Below, piece after piece: positions 19,169 to 28,086 of a DNA stretch of 64,000 bases. The stretch covers positions 1,064,077 through 1,128,076 of the forward strand of contig JACPIK010000002.1 in NCBI GenBank assembly GCA_016188115.1, given 5' to 3'. The stretch comes from Candidatus Woesearchaeota archaeon. Lineage in GTDB: Archaea > Nanobdellota > Nanobdellia > Woesearchaeales > GW2011-AR9. The notes beneath the pieces are model-generated. The model made no database searches and had not been told where the DNA came from. It saw nothing but the letters and a program-made list of their open reading frames with translations. The position numbers were made by a program, and so were the translations under genes. Position 1 is the stretch's first letter, and every line of letters begins with the position of its first letter.

Positions 19169-21414
19169 TTCTTCCCAACCTTCTTCTCTGCCTCAGCCAC
19201 AACATTGCGAATCAATCCCACGGCATCAGCGTTGGCACTAATCGACGTAATACCATTGCGTACCAAGAACTCTGCCATCACTGGTTTGGATCCTGCTTGT
19301 CCACAAATTGATGTTTCTACTTTATATCTCTTACAAGTTTCCAAAACTTTGCCGATTTCGCCAACCACTGCAGGATGCATTTCATCAAACAATTTAGCAA
19401 TTCTCTCATTGTTACGATCAATTCCCAGAGTCAACTGGGTCAAATCATTTGTCCCAAAGGAAACGAAACTAATTCCCTCTTTACAAATGTCCTCAATGAC
19501 CCAACAAGCAGCAGGAGTTTCAACCATGATGCCAAAAGGAATTTGTTTACACGGTTCAAGACCAACTTTACGTAATAATGCTTTGGCTTGTGCGACTTCA
19601 TTCGCGCGAATCACAAAAGGAATCATGATACCAACATTACGCACACCTTTGTCATAGAGATCTTTGAATGCTTGTAATTCTGCTTGTAAGATGGCTGGCT
19701 CATCGAGTTGTCGACGCACACCATGCCAACCAATCATCGGATCAGTCTCTTTTGGTTCTTTATCTCCCCCTTTAAGATTACGATACTCATCAGAACGCAT
19801 ATCAGACGTTCGCACCCAAATGGGTCGTGGAGCAAATGCAGCAGCAATTTTTCCAATCCCCGTCACCAATAATTTGGTATAATCCTTGGCTTTCCCAGTA
19901 CGAATATACTCTGCAGGATGAATCCCTCCTTGGGCGATCATAATTTCCGAACGAACTAATCCTACACCATCAGCGCCGGTAGCAGCTGCTTTAACAGCAA
20001 AGCTGGGCAAATCAACGATCACTTTAACTTTTGTTTTAGTCTTAAGATTTGACGTAGCAAATACTCCTGCTGAACCTTCAACTGTAACATTCCCCTTGTA
20101 AATAAATCCATTAAATGCATCTACTGTAATCAGTTGACCATCTTTAATTACTTTAGTTGCTTTTTCTGTTCCGACTAAACAGGGTGTTCCCATTTCACGA
20201 GAAACAATTGCAGCATGGCAGGTCATACCGCCTTCATCGGTAACGATGGCGCCAGCACGTTCCATTGCCGGAACCATGTCAGGAGTAGTCATGGTGGTGA
20301 CGAGAATATCTCCCTTGAGAACTTTGTTAAGTTCTTTAGGTGAGAAAATGACGCGTGCCGTACCACTGTATGTTCCTTTCGAAGCAATTTCCCCATTGAG
20401 TAAAGCAGGTGCTTGTGCTTTACCACTTTTAGTAGTTCCTTCGTCTTTCTTGAAGGTGGTTACTGCGCGAGCTTGAACGATATAGACTTTACCATTCTCA
20501 ACTGCCCATTCAATATCTTGAGGATGCTTGTAATGATTTTCAATACGTTGGCCAAGACGAGCTAATTCGGCAATATTGGCGTCAGAAATTTTTTGCAGAC
20601 CTTGTAGATTTATCTCGATCTTTCGTCTTATATTTCCTCCTTTAGCAGTACGAAACATGCCGATTTCTTGTTTTCGAACTTCTTTCTGAATGCATTTTCC
20701 TGTTTTCTTATCAGTGATATACATATCTGGTGTAACTTCACCCCCGACAATCATTTCTCCTAAGCCATAGATTGCTTCAATAACAATTTTGGTATCATCG
20801 TTGGTTGATGGGTTAACAGTAAACATAATACCTGCCTGATCAGAATTAACCATCTTTTGTATGATCGCGGAAATCAGAACACTACTGTGATCAAAATGGT
20901 TTCGAGTACGATAATAAATAGCTCTGGCAGTGAACAAAGACGCCCAACAATCCAATACTGCTTTGACTACCTGTTCTTTTCCTCGAACATTAAGAAATGT
21001 TGCTTGCTGTCCGGCGAATGATGCTGAAGGAAGATCTTCAGCAGTAGCAGAACTTCTCACCGCAACAAAAACACCGTCTTTACTCTTCTCTTGCTTGTTA
21101 AGAAGTTCATAATTATTCATGATCTCTTGTGCCATATCTTTGGGCATCGGCGTTGAAGAAATGAGGTCCTGAATTTGCTGAGCGCGTTTTTGAAGTTCTT
21201 TAGTATCATCTACGTTAAGATTTTTGAGAAGTGTTGTGATTTTTTTGTCAAGTCCTGTCTTTTTAATAAAGAGTTCATAGGTTTGTGCAGTAACCGCAAA
21301 TCCACCAGGAACAGGCAGGCCAATATTATACATAATTCCTAAATTAAGACCTTTGCCACCAGTAGAACCTAAATCATTAGGAGTAATATCTTTAAACCAC
21401 TTCACGTACGACAT
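19165..21414 (-). CDS. ppsA: Phosphoenolpyruvate synthase
   Basis: GGKG, VAVRSSATAEDL, SFAGQ, GGMTCHAAIVSRE, SFGTNDLTQ, CGQA; GAGGTG RBS. Confidence 0.96.
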   Translation of the reverse strand: MSYVKWFKDITPNDLGSTGGKGLNLGIMYNIGLPVPGGFAVTAQTYELFIKKTGLDKKITTLLKNLNVDDTKELQKRAQQIQDLISSTPMPKDMAQEIMNNYELLNKQEKSKDGVFVAVRSSATAEDLPSASFAGQQATFLNVRGKEQVVKAVLDCWASLFTARAIYYRTRNHFDHSSVLISAIIQKMVNSDQAGIMFTVNPSTNDDTKIVIEAIYGLGEMIVGGEVTPDMYITDKKTGKCIQKEVRKQEIGMFRTAKGGNIRRKIEINLQGLQKISDANIAELARLGQRIENHYKHPQDIEWAVENGKVYIVQARAVTTFKKDEGTTKSGKAQAPALLNGEIASKGTYSGTARVIFSPKELNKVLKGDILVTTMTTPDMVPAMERAGAIVTDEGGMTCHAAIVSREMGTPCLVGTEKATKVIKDGQLITVDAFNGFIYKGNVTVEGSAGVFATSNLKTKTKVKVIVDLPSFAVKAAATGADGVGLVRSEIMIAQGGIHPAEYIRTGKAKDYTKLLVTGIGKIAAAFAPRPIWVRTSDMRSDEYRNLKGGDKEPKETDPMIGWHGVRRQLDEPAILQAELQAFKDLYDKGVRNVGIMIPFVIRANEVAQAKALLRKVGLEPCKQIPFGIMVETPAACWVIEDICKEGISFVSFGTNDLTQLTLGIDRNNERIAKLFDEMHPAVVGEIGKVLETCKRYKVETSICGQAGSKPVMAEFLVRNGITSISANADAVGLIRNVVAEAEKKVGKK

Positions 21415-21495
21415 AAACAACACCTCTTTTGATTGATTTACGCCCATAAAGTTTATTAAGATTGCTAAAGATTAAAGGACTACTTCTAAGTGAGA

Positions 21496-22191
21496 ATGAA
21501 TATGTTTGATCAGATTGTACATTTACCTGAATTTAGAAACCGTTGGAATGTTTATAACACGGCAGTACCCTGGAGACGTGAGAAAAAGGTTCATGGTGAG
21601 TTTATTGGCACGAAATGCACCTATCATGCTGCTGATAATTCTTATTTTAAAGCTGCGATTTCTGTCTGTTTGGAGCAGATTGGTTCTTCTGGCTCTTTTC
21701 TTGATTTAGGTTCGGGCGATGCGTCGTTTAATATTGAAGTTGGGGCTTTAGGATGGCAGTCATACGGTATTGAGATTTGCGATGCAGCATATGAAGTAGG
21801 ATGTCGAAATCTTACAATTGCTGAGAAGAGAGGAGATGTTAAGGTCGGGCTAGTTCATCTTGCGCGTGGCAATTTCTTTCCCAAGGATTTTCCGGTGACC
21901 AGAGCCGAAGGAGAGGAGGATCGTTTTCGTCAACCGATAGAAGAACATTTGTGTCGATCTTACGAAAGCGACCCATATCACAATTTAGGTTTAGATTTGG
22001 GCGATGTTGATGTTTTTCATCATTATCAAGTTGAGCGAAATCAAAATATGTTGGATTTTTTCTCTCGATATGCACACCGAGGCGCGTATTTTTTTCTTAC
22101 ACAATCGGCTGGTGATAGTTATGTGGTTCCTGCTGATGTTAAAGAGTTATCTCGTTTAGCAGAAACGCTGTTTTTGTATCAGAAAACTTGA
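21496..22191 (+). CDS. Class I SAM-dependent methyltransferase-like protein
   Basis: FLDLGSGD motif I followed by YGIEI and GNFF. Confidence 0.65.
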   Translation: MNMFDQIVHLPEFRNRWNVYNTAVPWRREKKVHGEFIGTKCTYHAADNSYFKAAISVCLEQIGSSGSFLDLGSGDASFNIEVGALGWQSYGIEICDAAYEVGCRNLTIAEKRGDVKVGLVHLARGNFFPKDFPVTRAEGEEDRFRQPIEEHLCRSYESDPYHNLGLDLGDVDVFHHYQVERNQNMLDFFSRYAHRGAYFFLTQSAGDSYVVPADVKELSRLAETLFLYQKT

Positions 22192-22192
22192 A

Positions 22193-22615
22193 CTAGAGCT
22201 TTTCTACAAGCTCTCTCATTCGCTTATTGAATCTTTCTGCTATTTTTAAATTGTGTTCTGCAATCTCTTTGGAATATGTGTATTGATAATCAGCACTCTC
22301 TCGACTATCAATGGCAGCATGAAACGAGGTAGTAAACTCTCTTTCTAATTTTCCTTGCTTATTTAGATCTTGAAGAAGAATAAGTAAAGCAATATGTTTC
22401 TTTTCTCTGTATCCACAGGCAAAACAGACTGCTTTTGCAGCGTGGAACACGGAGTAATAACAAGTCACTATCGTCCATTTGTAATCTTTGTCTTGAAATA
22501 ATTTTTGTGCTCTGGTAAAATCATGTTCACTTTCTTGGAATTCTTTTTGGATCAGAGCATTATCTCTAGATTCTAGAACAAGATATCCATTGTCAATACA
22601 CTCTTTGAGGTTCAT
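22193..22615 (-). CDS. HEPN domain protein
   Basis: YYSVFHAAKA and RESADY; coupled downstream of the MNT gene. Confidence 0.88.
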   Translation of the reverse strand: MNLKECIDNGYLVLESRDNALIQKEFQESEHDFTRAQKLFQDKDYKWTIVTCYYSVFHAAKAVCFACGYREKKHIALLILLQDLNKQGKLEREFTTSFHAAIDSRESADYQYTYSKEIAEHNLKIAERFNKRMRELVEKL

Positions 22616-23163
22616 TGTAACGCGATTTTGTCTTTCTCTACACGTTCATAGAATGGTTTGTCTTTAGTGGCAAGGGTTGACCATTCTAATGGGGTAAAGA
22701 TTTGGAGCTGGATTTTTTTCATATTTTTGGGTTTACGTTTTTCAATTTCTGTAAGTAATTCTTCCTTTTTTATTTTACCGATAATAAGAATGTCTAGGTC
22801 GCTGTTTTCATGGTCTTCCCCACGCGCAGCACTGCCAAAAAGATATGATTCTACATTGTGTTTTTGAGAGATAGTTGCGAAGAAGTTTAAGGAGGAGAGG
22901 GTGTTGAGAATTTTGAACTGTTTTAAGAAAATACTCTCTTTGTTCGCTTTGTAGAGCTTGGTGGTGCCTATTTTTTTGACGTTAATGAGTTTCTCTTTCT
23001 CTAACACTGCCAGCCATTTTGTCAACGTTGCTTTTGCTAAACTTATTTCATTTTTGAGTTGAGTATAGGATAACTCCGTATTGGGATATTGTGCGAAGAA
23101 TAGAAGAAGATTTAGGGCAGGCTTATTCCCCAGCAGGCTACTTAATGTGTTGTTTTGTTTCAA
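22612..23163 (-). CDS. wHTH + minimal nucleotidyltransferase (MNT)
   Basis: N-terminal HTH, LFGSAARG...SDLDILI; ATGA overlap with HEPN, an MNT-HEPN toxin-antitoxin-like pair. Confidence 0.88.
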   Translation of the reverse strand: MKQNNTLSSLLGNKPALNLLLFFAQYPNTELSYTQLKNEISLAKATLTKWLAVLEKEKLINVKKIGTTKLYKANKESIFLKQFKILNTLSSLNFFATISQKHNVESYLFGSAARGEDHENSDLDILIIGKIKKEELLTEIEKRKPKNMKKIQLQIFTPLEWSTLATKDKPFYERVEKDKIALQ

Positions 23164-23206
23164 TGAAATAGGACAATTAGTTCAATTATTTAAACCTTTC
23201 TTTGGT

Positions 23207-23752
23207 TTATTTTAGCAAGAACGTCTTTAGTGGTTTGTAGATCGGGCCTTTGGGTGTTAACGTGCTTTCAATAAGATGTATCTCTTTAATTTCCATTGTG
23301 CCAAAGTCGGCGTTCCTATGTTGAAGAATAAATTGGATTAGTTCCGGTGTTGTTTTTTTGATACGAGCAATCGTACAATGAGGAGTTGCGTCTGCATGTT
23401 CCGAGGGTCGGATGTTACTAAGGGCACTGAGTGTATCTTTCATGAGTGTTCTGAGCTGTTCTGCTTTACTACCAATCCAGACTATTTTGGGATCATTTGC
23501 TGTGGGAAAAGCGTTTACTTCTTGTACAGAACAGGAAAATGAATAATATTTCTGGGCAATATTATTAAGAGTATTTTCTATCTCTCCTATTTTAGATTCT
23601 TCCACTTCACCTAAGAAAATAAGAGTGAAATGAAGATTTCTTTCATCCACTAAAGAAAAAGAAGCAGCAGTTTGCACAAGTGAAGGATAAAGAGACAGAA
23701 TCTGTGTCTTGACCTCTTGTGCAACTGGAATGCCCACAAAAAGACGTTTCAT
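23207..23752 (-). CDS. thpR: RNA 2',3'-cyclic phosphodiesterase / 2'-5' RNA ligase (2H family)
   Basis: RLFVGI, HFTL and HCTI 2H motifs, GPIY. Confidence 0.92.
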   Translation of the reverse strand: MKRLFVGIPVAQEVKTQILSLYPSLVQTAASFSLVDERNLHFTLIFLGEVEESKIGEIENTLNNIAQKYYSFSCSVQEVNAFPTANDPKIVWIGSKAEQLRTLMKDTLSALSNIRPSEHADATPHCTIARIKKTTPELIQFILQHRNADFGTMEIKEIHLIESTLTPKGPIYKPLKTFLLK

Positions 23753-23769
23753 TGTTGAAATAGATCTTC

Positions 23770-24090
23770 TCAAAAATCTTCCGTATCTTCGTAATGAGTT
23801 TCTTCTTCCTGACTTTTCATGTCACGCAATTCACGCTCGGTAACATTGGCATACTTTGAACTGCGAGGTTGAAAGTTTGCTGGTTTTTCAAGTTTCTCAA
23901 CAACTTCTGCAAAACCTACTTTAGGCAAAACTTTAGTAATTCGAATTTTAACGTAATCTCCTTTGGCTACACCAGGAACGAATAAAACAAATCCTCGCAC
24001 GCGAGCAATTCCGTCTCCTTTTTCTCCAACGGCGTTGATTAATACTTCATGTTGTTCTCCCACTTTCACGGGAGCACTCTGATCTTCCAT
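23770..24090 (-). CDS. TRAM domain RNA-binding protein
   Basis: APVKVGE...GEKGDGIARVRGFVLFVP; GGAGGT RBS. Confidence 0.9.
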   Translation of the reverse strand: MEDQSAPVKVGEQHEVLINAVGEKGDGIARVRGFVLFVPGVAKGDYVKIRITKVLPKVGFAEVVEKLEKPANFQPRSSKYANVTERELRDMKSQEEETHYEDTEDF

Positions 24091-24171
24091 AGATAATTAC
24101 CTCCAAGTAATTCTAGATCCTAAAAGTGGGGTTGGTATAAAAAGATATGGAAAAATAAACGAAAAATGCAT

Positions 24172-24783
24172 TTAGAAGTCTTTTCTAAGAACTACAAGTG
24201 GTGTATACTCGTTAGGTCCTTTCATCGGTTCGGCGAGATCTAATCCTGCACCTACAGTATAGGTTCCATCAAAGCGTGGTCCAAGACGCAGACGCTGGAT
24301 ACTGCCTAAATGTCCTTCCTCGCCGATGTTAGTGATATTTTCTACACTAAGAAAAGTAGGAATACCTGCAATGGTCGGAGTATAGGTTGCCACAGCTTGA
24401 AAGAATCCATGGGGCTGTTCCCAGTGAGAGGTTTCATTTGCTTCAGCAAGGAAGAGAAGTTTTAGATCATCGACTTTTAACACACACTTTAATCCTACTC
24501 CATAACGCACTTCTTTGTTGAGTTGTGCATCGATTTGGATGTCAAGACAGCCAGCAACATTATAGAAAAGACGTGGCACAACAACAACTGCTGCTTTCTC
24601 ATCTTCAATGGTGGCACGAGTGCGAACTGAATAAGCAGTGAATGGTGCTGGTCCTGCGACGAGCACATCAACAGTTTGAAGTTGATCGTTACCTGTTAAT
24701 TCAATTGTTCCTTGTTCTGCTGCGGCAAGTGCAGGTAGTGCTGTTAGTGCGATCGCACATAATGTTTGTCGGGTGTGGTCCAT
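24172..24783 (-). CDS. Secreted hypothetical protein, beta-strand rich
   Basis: Sec-type signal ending ALAAA; alternating hydrophobic strands; C-terminal Phe. Confidence 0.65.
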   Translation of the reverse strand: MDHTRQTLCAIALTALPALAAAEQGTIELTGNDQLQTVDVLVAGPAPFTAYSVRTRATIEDEKAAVVVVPRLFYNVAGCLDIQIDAQLNKEVRYGVGLKCVLKVDDLKLLFLAEANETSHWEQPHGFFQAVATYTPTIAGIPTFLSVENITNIGEEGHLGSIQRLRLGPRFDGTYTVGAGLDLAEPMKGPNEYTPLVVLRKDF

Positions 24784-24871
24784 AGTATTTCCTCAAATAG
24801 TATTAACTTAATAGTACTCAATTTTTCACATAACTCTTATAAAGAATGCCTACCCCAAAGGGGGGAGTAGA

Positions 24872-26452
24872 ATGGTTAATCTGGCGTTACTAGAAGAAAT
24901 TGGACTCACAAAAGCGGAAGCAAAAGTATATCTAGCTCTCTTAGAGTTAGGTTCTTGTTCAACAGGAAAGATTGTGGAGAAGTCAAAAGCATCATCGTCT
25001 AAGATTTACGAAATTCTGGAGAAATTGATGCAGAAAGGATTAGTGAGTTTTGTCGTCAAATCGGGAGTAAAATATTTTGAAGCTGCACCACCACGACGTA
25101 TTTTGGATTATATGGGGGAGAAAAAGAAAGAACTTGAAGAGAAGACAAGGGATGTTCAAAAGATGCTTCCAGAGCTTGAACTGGCTCAAAAACTGTCTAA
25201 ACATAAATCCGAAGCCACTATCTTTAAAGGTCTCAAAGGTGTTCAGACTGCCTATGAAGATATTCTTAAAACGCTTAAAGCAGGAGATGAATATTATGTT
25301 GTGGGTGGGATGAATCCCCATAAAGCCTATTTTTCATTTGTTGAGCAGTTTCAACGACGCCGTGCCGCGAGAGGTATCAAAGTTAAATTATTGTATTCAG
25401 AGCCGGCGAAGAGTTTGGCCCAAGCAATTGAGAAACTTCCTAAGACAGAGATTAAATTTACTCCAAATCAGTTTTTGTTTTCTTGTTTTGTGTTGATGTA
25501 TAAAACTAAAACATTGATCGTTGTTGCTGCCAAAGAAGACTTGACTCTATTTCAAATCGATAACAAAGATGTAACTGATTCGTTTATTGCGCAGTTTGAG
25601 TTGTTGTGGAATCAAGATGCCCAATCATACAAAGGATTTGATGCTACCGTTGCCCAGTTTGAGAATATGATCTCTGAACTTCGAGCTGGTGAGGAATACT
25701 GCGTCTTGGGCGCATCACTTCATTTAGGCGGCGAGAGATTAAAAAAATGGTTAGTCGATTTTCATCAAAGACGAATTGAGAAAGGGGTGAAAGCGAAATT
25801 ATTATCTACCGTGGAGTCACGCGATGGGATTATCCAGAATGTTCGTAACGCTGGCGATCCAAATTTTCATCTTTCTCAAGTCCGTACACTTGCTCCGGGC
25901 ATGAATGCGCCGTTTCAGGTTAATCTCTTTCGCAATAAAGTGGTGATTACTCTTTGGGATGAGATGCGCTGTTTTGTCATAGAATCACAAAAGCTTAAAG
26001 ATAATTTTCAAAACTATTTCGAGACCCTATGGAATCAAAAAATTCGTACGTTCGAAGGCATTGAACAAACCACATCGTTCTTCACAAACATTCTCAACGA
26101 CCTCCAAGCTGGAGAAGAATATTTTGTTCTTAACGGAAACTATGGAAAAAATAAGAAACTAGGTGAATTTTTCAAATCATACCACCAGCAGCGTCATAAG
26201 AAAGGCATCAAAGCAAATCTTTTGTTTAATCAGAATGTTAAATCAATTGCAAAGGATCTTGCTCTATCTCCTTGTGAAGTCAAGTTTCTTCCTCCAGAAT
26301 TTCAATCACCATTGCAAGTTACATTCTACAAAAATAAACTCTATATCTCTATCTGGTCAGAGAATCCTATTGGTTTTCTTATTGAACAGAAAGGTATGGT
26401 CGAAGCGTTTAAAGCCTATTTTGATTTACTTTGGAATCAAAAAGGAAAATAA
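24872..26452 (+). CDS. TrmB-family transcriptional regulator with three tandem effector domains
   Basis: GLTKAEAKVYLALL...KIYEILEKL HTH, then three repeats each ending F..LWNQ. Confidence 0.88.
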   Translation: MVNLALLEEIGLTKAEAKVYLALLELGSCSTGKIVEKSKASSSKIYEILEKLMQKGLVSFVVKSGVKYFEAAPPRRILDYMGEKKKELEEKTRDVQKMLPELELAQKLSKHKSEATIFKGLKGVQTAYEDILKTLKAGDEYYVVGGMNPHKAYFSFVEQFQRRRAARGIKVKLLYSEPAKSLAQAIEKLPKTEIKFTPNQFLFSCFVLMYKTKTLIVVAAKEDLTLFQIDNKDVTDSFIAQFELLWNQDAQSYKGFDATVAQFENMISELRAGEEYCVLGASLHLGGERLKKWLVDFHQRRIEKGVKAKLLSTVESRDGIIQNVRNAGDPNFHLSQVRTLAPGMNAPFQVNLFRNKVVITLWDEMRCFVIESQKLKDNFQNYFETLWNQKIRTFEGIEQTTSFFTNILNDLQAGEEYFVLNGNYGKNKKLGEFFKSYHQQRHKKGIKANLLFNQNVKSIAKDLALSPCEVKFLPPEFQSPLQVTFYKNKLYISIWSENPIGFLIEQKGMVEAFKAYFDLLWNQKGK

Positions 26453-26476
26453 AGAAATAAAGTAAGAAAAAAGATT

Positions 26477-27490
26477 CTAAACCGTATCTTTTAATCCGCC
26501 TTCAGTTACTTCGAAGCCGCATTCTCCATCAGCAAGGTTGGGTGCGTCAATGAGTTTTGCAACGCGTGTTCCTTTCTTGCCTTTTCTCAAATATACCCGA
26601 AACGTACTGGCATGTCCCACGATGTGTCCGCCAATGGAAGTCGTAGGGTCACCAAAGAATTGATCTGGTTTCGCCATGACTTGGTTGGTAACGTAGACAC
26701 AGATGTTGTAGCTTGAGGCAACTTTGGCAAGTTGATGCATGTGGCGGTTGAGCTTTTGCTGACGTTCAGCAAGAGTTCCACGTCCAATAAATTCAGCTCG
26801 GAAGTGCGCAGTAAGAGAATCAACAACCACAAGCTTCACTTTCTTCTTCTGCTCGTTTATCAAACTCTCAATTTTTTCTGCCAAGAGCATTTGATGATCA
26901 GAGTTGTAAGCTCGAGCTACCATAATCCGATTAAGTGCATCTTCAGGACTAATACCTGCTCCAAGCGCAAACTGTTTGATACGTTCAGGACGAAAGGTGT
27001 TTTCAGTATCAAGATAGACTACATACGCATCAGGATCTTCTTTAAGGGTGTTAACACTTAAAACGTGCCCAACTTGCGTTTTCCCGCTGCCAAACTCACC
27101 AAAACATTCCGTGATAGCACCGGTTTCAAATCCGCCACCCATGAGTTCATCAAATGCACGCACACCAGTTGAAATTTTGTTGATGAGTCCACGTTTTTTG
27201 AGTACTTCAGTTCCTGTCTCAAAACCCATTTTCATGCTGTCACGTGCAGCATTGATCATTTTTCTCGCAACTGCTTCTGAGACGCCTGCTGCTTCACTTA
27301 ATTCACCAAGTGTGGCAACAGCAATTGACATCATGTCACGATATCCTGCGGATTCGAGTTTTTCAGCGGTGGCTGCTCCTACTCCGGGCAGATCATATAA
27401 AGTTAGTTTTTCCATTTTCATCTCTTTTGGTTGTTGAACTGCGGTCTCAAATTCCATCTCTTCTGGTTGGATTAATTTTGCTTTTGCCAT
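26477..27490 (-). CDS. radA: DNA repair and recombination protein RadA
   Basis: LPGVG HhH, GEFGSGKTQ, DTENTFRPERI, VVDSL, TNQV; no intein. Confidence 0.97.
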   Translation of the reverse strand: MAKAKLIQPEEMEFETAVQQPKEMKMEKLTLYDLPGVGAATAEKLESAGYRDMMSIAVATLGELSEAAGVSEAVARKMINAARDSMKMGFETGTEVLKKRGLINKISTGVRAFDELMGGGFETGAITECFGEFGSGKTQVGHVLSVNTLKEDPDAYVVYLDTENTFRPERIKQFALGAGISPEDALNRIMVARAYNSDHQMLLAEKIESLINEQKKKVKLVVVDSLTAHFRAEFIGRGTLAERQQKLNRHMHQLAKVASSYNICVYVTNQVMAKPDQFFGDPTTSIGGHIVGHASTFRVYLRKGKKGTRVAKLIDAPNLADGECGFEVTEGGLKDTV

Positions 27491-27533
27491 TTTAATACCT
27501 CTTTTTTGATAAACATTTAGTTTGTTAATTTTC

Positions 27534-27878
27534 TTATTGTTCTTGGAGTACGCTATACTCGTAGGCTTTTTGGAGTACGATTAATGCACGTGGTAAGTCA
27601 TTGACACGCATAGAGTTGGTGCTATGCCATTTTCCATCTTTATCAGTGTAATTACGTTCTAAAGAAATGGTATGGTACTCTCCTTCTTCACCGGTCTTGT
27701 TTTGGATTTTATTTGCCCACACCGTTGCGGTAATGGCTCCTGCACGAAACTTCTTTTCAGGAGTGTTGCTTGCGTGCGGTGTCTCTACCATGTTGTTTAC
27801 TGGTAGACCCGTGTTGCTCAATCCTTTTATATCTCGTAATCCCGTTACGGCACTGTTGGTTTTTATTTGTGTGTTCAT
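27534..27878 (-). CDS. Small conserved protein, putative PC4/Whirly-like ssDNA-binding fold
   Basis: KKFRAGAITATVW...RNYTDKDGKWHSTNS...DLP; GAGG RBS before ATG 27878; fold is inferred. Confidence 0.6.
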   Translation of the reverse strand: MNTQIKTNSAVTGLRDIKGLSNTGLPVNNMVETPHASNTPEKKFRAGAITATVWANKIQNKTGEEGEYHTISLERNYTDKDGKWHSTNSMRVNDLPRALIVLQKAYEYSVLQEQ

Positions 27879-27913
27879 TTTTTGTTTCCTCTTGCTTTCG
27901 CGTTTTATTTCAA

Positions 27914-27985
27914 CCATCCACTGGATGGCGAGGGTCAAGATGAAGTCAATTTTGACCCCATTTTGGCAAACTGGTTCTTGTTTGC
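27914..27985 (-). promoter_or_regulatory. Putative structured 5' leader with three hairpins
   Basis: Inverted repeats CCATCC/GGATGG, GGGTCAA/TTGACCC and GCAAAC/GTTTGC in a row, just downstream (minus strand) of a TTTATAAA box at about 28009-28016. Confidence 0.45.
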
Positions 27986-28086
27986 AATGTACTATGTAGA
28001 AGAAGGGGTTTATAAACGAATTCCGGACTTGACCAGTGTGTCCAGTGACATTAAATTAAGCTTATTTTAACTAGAATCTATCTCTA

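Noticed and set aside
19130-21112. Plus-strand ORFs inside ppsA, and similar antisense ORFs throughout the window
   Set aside because: Shadow frames of well-supported genes with no motifs of their own.
27115-27145. tRNA T-arm-like GGTTTCAAATCC
   Set aside because: Lies within the radA coding sequence with no cloverleaf.
26477-27490. Inteins in RadA or PpsA
   Set aside because: Both proteins have normal length and uninterrupted motifs.
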